Shown here: positions 29,523 to 39,007 of the stretch, one piece after another
How positions within the stretch are numbered: position 1 is the first letter of the stretch
How the letters are laid out: every line of letters begins with the position of its first letter
Source: Methanocella sp.
Lineage (GTDB): Archaea > Thermoproteota > Bathyarchaeia > Bathyarchaeales > Bathycorpusculaceae
NCBI GenBank assembly: GCA_050261115.1
Contig: JBLNCY010000018.1
Coordinates: forward strand, 1-64,000
Direction: 5' to 3'
DNA length: 64,000 nucleotides
Notes under the pieces: generated by a model
Databases searched by the model: none
What the model was told of the DNA's origin: nothing
What the model saw: the letters and a program-made list of their open reading frames with translations, nothing else
Position numbers and translations under genes: made by a program

Positions 29523-29684
29523 TTATCTGCTTATGTGTGCTGAGGAGCAGTGCCTGTCAAAGTCGTCTCGGGTATCAAAAATGCGGTTGTCAGCTTCACA
29601 GAGATATTTACCCTCTGCAGTCATTTTTGGTTCCATGCTGGACCGGTTTGTGTCTGCTCGGCTTGAACGCATACGTTTAGACAA
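29523..29684 (-). CDS. Small protein with a degenerate C2H2-type finger
   Basis: GGAGGTGA SD then TTG; YLCEADNRIF..RDDFDRHCSSAH. Confidence 0.6.
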   Translation of the reverse strand: MSKRMRSSRADTNRSSMEPKMTAEGKYLCEADNRIFDTRDDFDRHCSSAHISR

Positions 29685-29850
29685 AACATTCACCTCCCCA
29701 TAGTCAACATCTACTTGAGGATGGTTCATAAAATTATGTGGCTACATTAAAGTGGCAAGCATCTACGTCGATATATGGGGTTTATTGCGCTCATTATTGC
29801 ACCAGCACATGTTTATATCATGTGTGTGGGGTGCCTTTATAGGTGGTTTT

Positions 29851-29961
29851 TTGCATCATAATAATACGAAGAAAATTTTGACTGTAGCTGGCATTGGTAT
29901 CGCTGCAGCCGCCATAGCTGCTGGCATGTTTATGCACATCAAGAATAGAGCACATAAGTAA
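29851..29961 (+). CDS. 36-aa single-TM micro-protein
   Basis: AGGTGG SD then TTG; MHHNNTKKILTVAGIGIAAAAIAAGMFMHIKNRAHK; downstream T-tract. Confidence 0.55.
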   Translation: MHHNNTKKILTVAGIGIAAAAIAAGMFMHIKNRAHK

Positions 29962-30135
29962 GTTAAGAAACGCTGATTCGAAGTTTCCCTTTTTTCTGTA
30001 TTTGGTTTGGTTGAGTTGTCTTGGGAGGTTAGGGTTGTTTTATCGCTTTGTTACTTCAGATATGAACCAACATTGTTTTTTATGCTATTTTGAAAGATAA
30101 CCTTCTTGTGTGGAAAAGCGTGTATGGTGCCCGAC

Positions 30136-30240
30136 AGGTTGGGCGGGTTCGGCTGCTAAAGCTGAGGTGGCATGGGTCCCGATTTTTTGTGTCACTCAGC
30201 TTTTAGCACGGGGCTGGATCCGCTTAACTTCTCTTTTTTG
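30136..30240 (+). ncRNA. Candidate structured RNA: ~37-bp hairpin followed by a U-tract
   Basis: 30136-30173 pairs with 30189-30230; apart from small bulges every non-WC pair is G-U on the + strand. Confidence 0.6.
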
Positions 30241-30310
30241 GTAATGTTGTTGTAGTGTTACAATCACATTGTTATTTATGGTTAATTGTTGATATTTGTT
30301 ATTAGTGTAA

Positions 30311-30392
30311 AAGGTTAGCTTGAAGGCAAGTTAATGTTTCCCCTCTCTCTCTTCCTGATTCACGCTTGCCTTTAAGTTAACCTTCCTCTCTC
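30311..30392 (+). ncRNA. Candidate structured RNA: 20-bp stem with a CU-rich loop
   Basis: aaggttagcttgaaggcaag pairs with cttgcctttaagttaacctt (2 G-U). Confidence 0.55.
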
Positions 30393-30504
30393 GACCTTCT
30401 AAATTTTTAAGGTAGGATAAAATAAAAACCTGTTTACATTCTATCGCTAACCTGTCGAGCACCATAGCGCAGGTTTTTATTATTCATCTTAATTCAATTC
30501 GGGT

Positions 30505-30645
30505 ATGCCAACCTTTGAGTGCACAATCTGCGGCCGTAAAATTAGGTCAGAATTCGAGGTTTCCTGCACTGGCGACGTCAAAAGAAACGTGGAAAAGGCG
30601 CCCTGGTGCTGTAGCAAGGAAATGATAGAAACCATCGACGACTAA
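30505..30645 (+). CDS. 46-aa desulforedoxin-like CxxC...CC micro-protein (not in ORF track)
   Basis: MPTFECTICGRKIRSEFEVSCTGDVKRNVEKAPWCCSKEMIETIDD. Confidence 0.7.
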   Translation: MPTFECTICGRKIRSEFEVSCTGDVKRNVEKAPWCCSKEMIETIDD

Positions 30646-30740
30646 ACGACTTTTCGATACCCTTAACGGCGCATTGGTAGCTAAGGATGCATCTTTAGGT
30701 GCGTGAATGCGTTTTTATATGCCTAAAAGGAGAGGTTAAT

Positions 30741-30903
30741 TTGCAGACAGTTCTAACTTTTGAGACACTCTCAGTTGCTGTTGGCGGTTTTGTTAGGTGC
30801 CATTGTAGGCTTGGAGCGCGAAGCAATCCACAAACCAGTGGACCTTAGAACGCATATGCTGGTTTCATTAGGCTCATGGCTCATGCCTCTCACCATAGTT
30901 TAA
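30741..30903 (+). pseudogene. MgtC/SapB family N-terminal remnant
   Basis: LLLAVLLGAIVGLERE..HKPVDLRTHMLVSLGS, out of frame with the SD-linked TTG and truncated. Confidence 0.7.
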
Positions 30904-30917
30904 GCTGCAATGACGGC

Positions 30918-33752
30918 TTACTGAAATGGTTTTATTAGGCCTCTCTTTTCCTTGATGCTCGCTTGAGCTGCTGCTAAACGCGCGATAGGTACACGGTAGG
31001 GTGAGCAGCTTACATAGTCTATGTTGATTCTGTGGCAAAACTCTATAGAGGAGGGTTCGCCGCCATGTTCGCCACAGATGCCGACTTTAAGGTCCGGTCG
31101 GGTTCTGCGCCCCCACTCTACCGCTATAGCCATGAGCCTGCCGACGCCCTTTACGTCGAGGATTTCAAAGGGGTTATCTTGAAGAATCTTGTGCTCATTA
31201 TAGAAGGGTAAAAACTTGTTTTCAGCGTCCTCTCTTGAGAAACTAAAAGTAGCCTGCGTCAGGTCGTTTGTGCCAAAACTAAAGAATGCCGCTGTTTCAG
31301 CAAGTTTTCCAGCCCGCATACATGCACGCACCACCTCAATCATCGTTCCAACACTGTAGGGCACATCGATTTCTATGCGCTCTTTCACCCGTTTCTCTAC
31401 GCGTCGAATCATCGCAAAGACACGGTTGAGTTCTTGGCTGGTACAGACCTGTGGAATCATGATTTCCACCTTTATGGGCACCGTCTCTTTGATTAGTTTA
31501 CCCGCTGCAACGAGTATGGCTTCGATTTGCATCTCATAAATCTCGGGGTAAGTGATGCCTAAGCGGACGCCCCGGTGGCCAAGCATGGGGTTTACTTCTC
31601 GGAGGGTTCGGATTTTTTGGAGTGTTGCGACTTTTCGTTTGAGCTGGAAGGACTGGATTTCTGCGAGGTTCTTTAGCATATGTTCGTCTTCAGTTAACAT
31701 GGCCTCCAATGAGGGGTCGATGTCACGTAGCAGTTCGGGGATGTTACATACTTGGGCTAGGGCTTCTTGGCATTTTTCGAGTTTGGCAATTTCCCGCTGG
31801 ATTTCCTCCTCGGAGGGCAAAAACTCATGTAGCGGCGGATCAAGCAGGCGAATCGTAACAGGGTTGCCTTGCATTACCCGCAAAATTTCCTCAAAATCTT
31901 TTTCCTGTAGCGGCAACAGCTTGGCCAAAGCATCCATCCGTGCATCTAATGTATCCGCCAGGACCATCTCTTGGAAGATACCTATGCGGTCGGCGGCGTT
32001 AAACATGCGTTCCGTTCGGCAAAGTCCCACGCCTTCTGCACCAAATCTCAGCGCTTTCTCAGCATCTTGGGGAGTGTCGGCGTTGGCCCGAACGCCCAAT
32101 CGGCGAAACTCGTCTGCCCACTCAAGAACCGTCTGCATGTCTTGCCCCATTTCTGGCTCTACCATCTTAATCTCTCCAAGCCAGACATTGCCTGAGGTGC
32201 CATCGATGGTTATGGTTGTGCCCTGGACTAGTTTTACGGTGCCTGCCATGGCGGTTTTTTCAAAGTTATCGATTTTAATGTCACCTGCACCTGAAACGCA
32301 TGGCTTACCCATACCACGCGCAACCACCGCCGCGTGACTGGTTTTACCACCCACAGATGTGAGGATTCCTTGTGCAGCGAAGAATCCGTGAATATCCTCG
32401 GGTTTGGTTTGCTCTCGGACAAGGATGACTTTCTTGCCTGCTTTGGCTTGCCGTTCGGCTTCATCCGCGTCAAACACCACTTCACCCGAAGCTGCCCCCG
32501 GTGATGCGCCTAAACCTCTGGCGATTGGGGGTACCGTGTTTTTTGGGTCTATTTGGCAATACATAAGCTGCGTCAGCGAGGACGGATTTAAGCGAAGCAG
32601 AGCATCTTCTTCGGTCAGTAGGCCTTCGTTGACCATGTCTACGCTGGTTTTTAGGCTTGCGGTGGCGTTCATTTTTGCGTTGCGGGTTTGGAGTAAGTAG
32701 AGCTTGCCTTCCTGGATAGTAAACTCCATGTCCTGTGGCTCCCGAAAGTGCCGCTCGAGTGTTTCTCGCACTTTGGAGAGTTCCTCATACATCTTTGGCA
32801 TCGTTTGCTGCATTTCAGAGATGGGTTTAGGCGTACGGATCCCCGCAACAATGTCCTCGCCTTGTGCCTTATCCAAGTAATCCCCAAATAGCACATTTTC
32901 GCCAGTGCCGGGGTCACGCGTGAAGGCGACGCCTGTCGCGGAGTTATCTCCCAAGTTGCCGAACACCATGGCTTGGACGTTGCAGGCAGTGCCATTGGCG
33001 ATTTTGGGTGTGATTTTGAATTCGCGTCGATAGTCGATGGCGCGTTTGCCGTTCCAAGATGAGAATACCGCCTCGATTGCCATGTAGAGTTGCTGGTAGG
33101 GGTCCTGCGGTAGGGCTCTACCCGTGTTTTCCAGTATGATGCCCTTGAAGATATCAACTAATTCATGGAGGTCTTGCGCTGTTAAGTCAAGGTCGCCTTT
33201 GGCATTGCGGTCTTCTTTTAGTTTCTCCATAGCTAAATGAAAATCGTCGTCTGACACGTTTAGCACGATATTGCCGAATAGTTGGATGAATCGTCGGTAA
33301 GTATCCCAGCCGAATCGTTCATCCCCACTTCGCCTAATAAGACCCTGAACAGTACAGTCATTTATACCCAGATTCAGAACTGTATCCATCATGCCCGGCA
33401 TAGAAATTGCGGCGCCACTGCGAACCGAAACAAGCAGCGGATTATCTGGGTTGCCAAAGCCTAAGCCCATTGCATTCTCAACCTCCGCCATAGCCGCCTG
33501 TACCTGACCAACTAATCCAGGGGGGAACTGGAAGCCATTATCAAAGTACTCAAGACAGGTCTCAGTAGTTATTACAAATCCAGGGGGAACGGGGAGACCG
33601 ATCTGGGTCATTTCACAAAGCCCCGCACCTTTGCCGCCCAGCAACTTCTTGTCTTTGCCGTTACCTTCATGGAAAAGATAGACGTATTTTTTTGAGGTCT
33701 GGGCTTGTTTTCGTTGTTGAGTATAGCTTTGGCTAGAGTTTTGTTTAAACAA
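30918..33752 (-). CDS. ppdK: Pyruvate, phosphate dikinase
   Basis: LGGKGAGL, SVRSGA..SMPGMMDT, GGKTSHAAVVARG, GLCRTE, FGTNDLTQ, GICGEHGG. Confidence 0.97.
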   Translation of the reverse strand: MFKQNSSQSYTQQRKQAQTSKKYVYLFHEGNGKDKKLLGGKGAGLCEMTQIGLPVPPGFVITTETCLEYFDNGFQFPPGLVGQVQAAMAEVENAMGLGFGNPDNPLLVSVRSGAAISMPGMMDTVLNLGINDCTVQGLIRRSGDERFGWDTYRRFIQLFGNIVLNVSDDDFHLAMEKLKEDRNAKGDLDLTAQDLHELVDIFKGIILENTGRALPQDPYQQLYMAIEAVFSSWNGKRAIDYRREFKITPKIANGTACNVQAMVFGNLGDNSATGVAFTRDPGTGENVLFGDYLDKAQGEDIVAGIRTPKPISEMQQTMPKMYEELSKVRETLERHFREPQDMEFTIQEGKLYLLQTRNAKMNATASLKTSVDMVNEGLLTEEDALLRLNPSSLTQLMYCQIDPKNTVPPIARGLGASPGAASGEVVFDADEAERQAKAGKKVILVREQTKPEDIHGFFAAQGILTSVGGKTSHAAVVARGMGKPCVSGAGDIKIDNFEKTAMAGTVKLVQGTTITIDGTSGNVWLGEIKMVEPEMGQDMQTVLEWADEFRRLGVRANADTPQDAEKALRFGAEGVGLCRTERMFNAADRIGIFQEMVLADTLDARMDALAKLLPLQEKDFEEILRVMQGNPVTIRLLDPPLHEFLPSEEEIQREIAKLEKCQEALAQVCNIPELLRDIDPSLEAMLTEDEHMLKNLAEIQSFQLKRKVATLQKIRTLREVNPMLGHRGVRLGITYPEIYEMQIEAILVAAGKLIKETVPIKVEIMIPQVCTSQELNRVFAMIRRVEKRVKERIEIDVPYSVGTMIEVVRACMRAGKLAETAAFFSFGTNDLTQATFSFSREDAENKFLPFYNEHKILQDNPFEILDVKGVGRLMAIAVEWGRRTRPDLKVGICGEHGGEPSSIEFCHRINIDYVSCSPYRVPIARLAAAQASIKEKRGLIKPFQ

Positions 33753-33922
33753 AAAAATCTCCGTATGGCTGGGGTATGCTGAGAGAATTAAACCTATGTG
33801 GTTTCAGTCTAAAACACACATGAACTGACGACTAGCGGGCTCTGCGTCTGCTACCGACAAATCAAGCATAGATATCTGCGAAAGCCGATGCAGCAATGAA
33901 CCTGCCTGTTGCTGTGTAGCCT

Positions 33923-34291
33923 TTAAATTCGGCCTGCCATCGTGGTCTGGGTGGGTTGCAGATTAGGTTTCTCATGGCGCTGGAAAAGTTCGGTTGAAAA
34001 GACCCGAAAGCTACTTGTGGTCGGCGGCTTCTCCAGATAAGGCTCCATTTTTCCGGTTAATTGCACAAAAGCACCCTTTTCTGATGCTATTAGCGCCTCT
34101 TCGTCTTGCCAAAGCGACAAAATAACCGCCTTAGAAGCGTCTTCTCGTGAAAGCAGCGACATATAACCACGAAAGCCCTCTGTTTGACGTGTTAAGCTGT
34201 TTAGTTGACTATCGAGTTCTATGAAGCCTTCTTCGGCTTTTTCTTTCTTGAAAGTCCAATTGGACATCCTTGCAAAAACCACACCGATCAC
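33923..34291 (-). CDS. Antibiotic biosynthesis monooxygenase (ABM)-like protein
   Basis: EGFRG...ILSLWQDEEAL dimeric alpha/beta barrel pattern. Confidence 0.65.
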   Translation of the reverse strand: MIGVVFARMSNWTFKKEKAEEGFIELDSQLNSLTRQTEGFRGYMSLLSREDASKAVILSLWQDEEALIASEKGAFVQLTGKMEPYLEKPPTTSSFRVFSTELFQRHEKPNLQPTQTTMAGRI

Positions 34292-34388
34292 CCATTACTA
34301 TTTTGGTTGTTTGGTTATTTAGAATTTGCTAATACCACGGAGCAAGCGCCGCTAATATTTTGCCTGTAGAGGCGGGTTATTGCTGTTT

Positions 34389-35015
34389 CTAGTTGGAAGA
34401 TACCGCAAGCCGCTTCTTACTCTTTGCCTTCATCCTGTAGAGTTGCCAGCGTTTCCACACAAACGCAGCTAACACCACCCCAAACAAGGCGTTGAAAGTA
34501 AGCATTATGCCGATGCTTCCGAAGTCTCTGCCTGAAAGGTTACCATGCACCACACCGAAAAATAAAGCCACATACATAAGGGCGTGGAAGTAGCGCCAGT
34601 AAGCCTGAATCTTACGCCTCAACAATACCGCGACTAATGCAATGTAGATTATTATCAACGCCTGGCGGCCGCCATAATACAAAAACAACTCCAAAGAGCC
34701 AAAGTTAGGCAGAAACACGGCTAGATTCAAATACTGTATAGCCAAAACAACAGGGTGTAACGTGATAAGTACTAGTCCGGCTGCGGCGAAGTAGTGGTGG
34801 ATTCGGGTAAAGGGTTTTTTGAAGAACAAGGTTACTTCTTTAAGGAAAGCTGATAGGATGGATGCTACGCTGAGGGCGATGAAGCCGTTTAAGGCAAAAA
34901 GTCTCACTGCGAGGCTGAAGGGTTTTGAGGCATCCACCGTGAAAGCCAAGGCGGATATGGCTAATGCAAATATGATAATAACTGAAAAGAACGCTATTTC
35001 GTTTCTTAAAACCAT
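34389..35015 (-). CDS. Ferric reductase-like transmembrane (heme b) protein
   Basis: 6 TMs with His ligands IHH...LHP and WRYFH...VHG. Confidence 0.7.
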   Translation of the reverse strand: MVLRNEIAFFSVIIIFALAISALAFTVDASKPFSLAVRLFALNGFIALSVASILSAFLKEVTLFFKKPFTRIHHYFAAAGLVLITLHPVVLAIQYLNLAVFLPNFGSLELFLYYGGRQALIIIYIALVAVLLRRKIQAYWRYFHALMYVALFFGVVHGNLSGRDFGSIGIMLTFNALFGVVLAAFVWKRWQLYRMKAKSKKRLAVSSN

Positions 35016-35219
35016 AAATATAAAGAATTAATCAGGTAGAGAAAAGCTTTTCCTATCTAGCAACTGACGCCTTCTTAGACTAGCTGATTCGGCACTATCG
35101 CATTTGTCGCCTATATAAAGGACTGCGCCTGTCAAGATTTTTGAAGTCGACTACTGAATTTAGTCAAGAAACCTTGACAAAAAATCTTTTAAACAAAAAA
35201 CGGCTGCACCATAAAACAT

Positions 35220-35468
35220 ATGACGGAGAAGAAAAAAGTCATCCCCCTTTTACTTGTTCTAATCGTAATCTCGGTAGCGCTTTTAACGCTCATTTTGGTT
35301 TCGGCGACTTCACCCTCAGCGACTCCGTCACCCTTCCTCATCGCAGCAACCATCGTCTCAACCGTGGCATTATGTGGCGCCCTATTCTCACTTTACCTAG
35401 AAAAGAAAACAAAAAGCCACAGCAAACCCGCCTACGCAACTAACCGTTTACTTTTTGCATTGTCTTAG
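35220..35468 (+). CDS. Small two-TM hypothetical protein
   Basis: Two hydrophobic segments; ATG after an AT-rich promoter. Confidence 0.5.
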   Translation: MTEKKKVIPLLLVLIVISVALLTLILVSATSPSATPSPFLIAATIVSTVALCGALFSLYLEKKTKSHSKPAYATNRLLFALS

Positions 35469-35729
35469 GGCATGGAGCTCTTCAAGCGTCTTGTTTAGAA
35501 GCGCCGTATCTGAGATGGTTTTAACCGCTGAAACTGGTAAACAAACAATCACTTTACCAAGAAACGGCGGTTTAAACCCAAATGCTTCCGCCGCCTCGTC
35601 ACTTAACGCAACAAACAAACTGTGAACCTGCCAAGTAGCCATATCTAGGTCGGCGCTTTCTATCTCGCCTAAATAAAAGTTGTCTGAAGTGTATGCTCTT
35701 TTCCAAAATAGCCGTGTGATTTCAACCAT
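35448..35729 (-). CDS. PRC-barrel-like protein
   Basis: AYTSDNFYLGEIE...WQV, LPVSAVKTISD..LL. Confidence 0.6.
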   Translation of the reverse strand: MVEITRLFWKRAYTSDNFYLGEIESADLDMATWQVHSLFVALSDEAAEAFGFKPPFLGKVIVCLPVSAVKTISDTALLNKTLEELHALRQCKK

Positions 35730-35825
35730 AAAAAAGCCTCTATAGAACAGTTAATCGGGCGGTTTATAACTGTTTTTAAAAGCCTTTTATATGCACTGGC
35801 CGTTTATTTCTAGTGGTGGATTTTT

Positions 35826-36212
35826 TTGTCAGCTTCTCAACAGGCAACTAAATCAAAAAAGCTCACTCCTGAGGAAGAACGAGTTATTGTTCACAAGGGC
35901 ACCGAGATGCCTTTCACGGGCAAGTACTACGCATTTTGGCAAAAAGGTACCTATATCTGCAGGCGCTGTGGCGCAAAACTGTACCGGTCGGAGCACAAGT
36001 TTGAAGCCTACTGCGGCTGGCCCAGCTTTGATGAGGAAATTCCGGGTGCCGTTAAGCGGATACCTGACCCGGATGGGGTGCGCACAGAGATTCAATGCAA
36101 CAACTGCGGCGCCCACTTAGGCCACGTGTTTACCGGTGAAATGTTTACTGAAAAAAACACTAGGCATTGTGTTAACTCGTTATCGATGGAGTTTATCCCC
36201 GACACACGATAA
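35826..36212 (+). CDS. msrB: Peptide methionine-R-sulfoxide reductase
   Basis: GTEMPFTG, CRRC, CGWPSF, HLGHVF, RHCVNS. Confidence 0.95.
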   Translation: MSASQQATKSKKLTPEEERVIVHKGTEMPFTGKYYAFWQKGTYICRRCGAKLYRSEHKFEAYCGWPSFDEEIPGAVKRIPDPDGVRTEIQCNNCGAHLGHVFTGEMFTEKNTRHCVNSLSMEFIPDTR

Positions 36213-36269
36213 GGCGGCAATAAGCCTTATGGTAAAATTTATGTGAAGTCGGCAGGTAGTGTTTTTGCT

Positions 36270-37067
36270 ATGTCTACTGTGACCCCTACGCCCAGTGCTT
36301 CTGTAGAAACCAACATTTTCGGTTTACCGCTGACGGTGTTGCTGGAAATAATCATAATCGTGATAGTAGCGATTGCCATTGAGCGGCTGATAACCACTTA
36401 CCTCTCACGCTTCGCAAAACGCACCAAACTGGAAGCTAACGTAGCCAACAACTTGGCGTTAATCTTTCGCATCATAATTTTTGCAAGCGCCATAGCTGCA
36501 ATCAGCGCCGTGGGCGGTTTTAGCGCAGAATGGATAGTTTCTCTCTCAGCGATCGTTGCAGCCGCAGTCGGTTTTGCTTCCCAAAAGACAATCGGTAACT
36601 TTGTAGCGGGTATCTTTTTGATAGCTGCAAGACCCTTCAAAGTGAGCGATTATGTACGCATAGGTACCATCGAAGGTATAGTTGTCCAAATATCTGTCAA
36701 CTACACCAAAATCTTAACATCCGCAAACAGTGTGGTCTCGATTAGCAACTTACAGATTCTGGATCGGGAGATAACCAATTACCTCTATGAGACACCTGAC
36801 CATAAGGAGCTTTATTGTTATACTTTCGAGATGGGCTTTGACCACAGCGTCAGCGAAGAGCGGATGGACCAAATTTTCAACCAAGTCTTTAGCCAATACG
36901 CCGCTGAGCTTCCGATTAAGCCATGCTACGTACTTACCCGTTCCACCGCGGGGGAACGCACCTATACAGTATACCTGTATGTTGCTAGCGCCGAGCAGAT
37001 CTTTAAGATACGCCCCAAAATCGCAGGAAAAATCTACGAGCTCTGGGCACAAGAGCGCAGAAGATAG
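36270..37067 (+). CDS. mscS: Small-conductance mechanosensitive channel
   Basis: VGFASQ...NFVAG, RPFKVSDYV, EGIV. Confidence 0.85.
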   Translation: MSTVTPTPSASVETNIFGLPLTVLLEIIIIVIVAIAIERLITTYLSRFAKRTKLEANVANNLALIFRIIIFASAIAAISAVGGFSAEWIVSLSAIVAAAVGFASQKTIGNFVAGIFLIAARPFKVSDYVRIGTIEGIVVQISVNYTKILTSANSVVSISNLQILDREITNYLYETPDHKELYCYTFEMGFDHSVSEERMDQIFNQVFSQYAAELPIKPCYVLTRSTAGERTYTVYLYVASAEQIFKIRPKIAGKIYELWAQERRR

Positions 37068-37108
37068 ACAAATAACCCGCTGCACCGTAACTATCAGTGG
37101 AGATGTTT

Positions 37109-37438
37109 ATGACAAATCAGGATACCTTGGTTGCCCAAGCCTCAAACCTATCCGACTTAATTGCCTATCAAGACGGTTCAGTAGTGAGCCGCACCCTCAT
37201 CAACAAAGCCGCCGGAACAGTGACGCTGTTTGCTTTTGACGCAAATCAGGGCTTAAGTGAACACACCGCCCCCTACGACGCAATGGTCTACGTTTTAGAT
37301 GGAGAGGTGGAAATCAGAATCGCAGGCAAACCCATAGCGCTTAAACAGGGTGAGATGACCATTATGCCCGCTAACCAGCCGCATGCATTAACAGCAATTA
37401 CAAGATTCAAGATGCTTCTAATAATGATAAAATCCTAA
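37109..37438 (+). CDS. Cupin domain protein
   Basis: VTLFAFD..QGLSEHTAP, MPANQPHAL. Confidence 0.88.
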   Translation: MTNQDTLVAQASNLSDLIAYQDGSVVSRTLINKAAGTVTLFAFDANQGLSEHTAPYDAMVYVLDGEVEIRIAGKPIALKQGEMTIMPANQPHALTAITRFKMLLIMIKS

Positions 37439-37568
37439 AGCTCCTCTGCTCTGAAATAGGGCCCCTCTCTTATTTTTAGGGGAAATGGTTGTCTGTTCCA
37501 TGAGGCAGGAAAAGGCATACGCTGGCGTTATCTTTTAAACAAATAAAATGAAAGTAAAAATTAATTAA

Positions 37569-38030
37569 TTATTGGTTTTCAGCCGAGTAAACAGTAACGT
37601 TGCCGTCGCTGTCTTTGGTGACACGGACTTTGATTTTGCGTGGCGGCTTCTCGATTCCACGTCCCCAAACCAACTCATTAACCTCTGGGCTAATGATAAG
37701 TTTCGGTAACTCTTCGGCCTCTTCCTCGTCGCTGACTTTCATGTTCATCTTCATGTGTCTAACGACAAAGGCTTTGAGCAGCTGCATGGCGCGTGGAGTG
37801 CGCTTGTTGGGTGGACGAGCCAAGGCTTTCTGGAGAGGTATAGTGTAGTATCTTTCCTCAACGACTTCTTCCTCTTTCTTTTTGCGTGTGGGCTTTGCTT
37901 GCTCAACGGGGGCTTCTAGGGTTTGGGGTGCTTCTGCTGGGGTAACTTCTGCGGTTTGAGGTTGCTCAGTAACTTCCTCTGCTAATTCGGCTTCTTGTGG
38001 AATTTGTTCTTGTTTTACTTCTTGTGTCAT
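37569..38030 (-). CDS. rpl31e: 50S ribosomal protein eL31 with acidic N-terminal extension
   Basis: ERYYTIPL, RTPRAM, VNELVWGRGIEKPPRKIKV. Confidence 0.95.
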   Translation of the reverse strand: MTQEVKQEQIPQEAELAEEVTEQPQTAEVTPAEAPQTLEAPVEQAKPTRKKKEEEVVEERYYTIPLQKALARPPNKRTPRAMQLLKAFVVRHMKMNMKVSDEEEAEELPKLIISPEVNELVWGRGIEKPPRKIKVRVTKDSDGNVTVYSAENQ

Positions 38031-38043
38031 GATCTGATTTCTC

Positions 38044-38202
38044 CTATGCCTTTATTTTTCGTGTGCGCCAGTTACGTCGCTGTTTGGGGTTGGATCGTAC
38101 TTTGCCGTCGGTTCGAGCGATTACCCATGTTGGGACTGACTGTGATTCTCTGCCAGCTTTGGCTAGCCGTAGCTTTTTCGCGGGTGGTTTTACTCTTGCC
38201 AT
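38044..38202 (-). CDS. rpl39e: 50S ribosomal protein eL39 (not in ORF track)
   Basis: [52 protein letters not shown]. Confidence 0.95.
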   Translation of the reverse strand: MARVKPPAKKLRLAKAGRESQSVPTWVIARTDGKVRSNPKQRRNWRTRKIKA

Positions 38203-38205
38203 ATG

Positions 38206-38535
38206 TTATATCCTTCTTATTGTTGTCTCTCGCTTCCTTGACTGAAGCTGTATTAGGATGGTTTTAAGTTGCGCATCAGAGAGCGGGATCGGCAATCTGC
38301 CGGTCTGTGCCATTTCAATGAGTTGCAACTCGATTTGCTCGGCGAAGTCTTTCTTAACCATTTTCAGGTTGTTGAGGCGTTGCCGAGCTTCAGGGCTCAA
38401 GATTTTTGCTAGGAGCGCCTGTTTTTGTTGTTCTATTGCCTGTTCTGCTTGAGCTTGTCTTTGTTCTTCGCTTACTCGGTTCTGCATCGAAAGAAGCTTA
38501 CGTTTACGTATCTGCTCAAGCTCATCATGTGACAT
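38206..38535 (-). CDS. PDCD5-like DNA-binding protein
   Basis: ILSPEARQRLNNL, IELQLI; conserved position after eS19. Confidence 0.92.
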   Translation of the reverse strand: MSHDELEQIRKRKLLSMQNRVSEEQRQAQAEQAIEQQKQALLAKILSPEARQRLNNLKMVKKDFAEQIELQLIEMAQTGRLPIPLSDAQLKTILIQLQSRKRETTIRRI

Positions 38536-38542
38536 TGTCTTC

Positions 38543-39007
38543 TTATTCGCCTTGATACTTTTTGAGTTCAGGAATAGACTTGGAGAGTTCTCTGGCGAGG
38601 TCTCCTGCTACTTCCTGCATGAGTTTGCGGCCTTTAGGTGTCATGATTCTGCCTTTAGGTCGGGTAGTTTGGACTAATCCAGCGGATTCTAGCTGCTGGA
38701 GGGATTTACGTATGACGCTACCGCCTGCTTTAGTGACGTGGTTTTTGTGGACGCCGTTGTTTTTGCGTCCGCCGTAGTCGCTGCGGAGGTTCTCAAGGCC
38801 GATGGGGCCGTGAACGTAGACTTTGCGCATTATGCTTGCGGTGCGTATGTACCACCAGTTTGGGTTCTGGGGTTGTTTCTCGACATGTGTACCAGTTTTG
38901 GCGAAGGTTGCCCATGGTAGCGGTTGGACTTCGTCAACGTTTTCCCTTAGGTACTTTGCTAATCGGTCGATGAATATTGAAGCTGGAACGTCATGAGGAG
39001 TCGTCAA
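38543..39007 (-). CDS. rps19e: 30S ribosomal protein eS19; TTG start
   Basis: FAKTG, WWYIRTAS, YGGRK, GSVIRKSLQQLE. Confidence 0.96.
   Translation of the reverse strand: MTTPHDVPASIFIDRLAKYLRENVDEVQPLPWATFAKTGTHVEKQPQNPNWWYIRTASIMRKVYVHGPIGLENLRSDYGGRKNNGVHKNHVTKAGGSVIRKSLQQLESAGLVQTTRPKGRIMTPKGRKLMQEVAGDLARELSKSIPELKKYQGE

Noticed and set aside
35111-35122. ctatataaagga as a seventh repeat copy
   Set aside because: Only the TATA part matches; no GAGG/CCTC hairpin or CGGCA tail.
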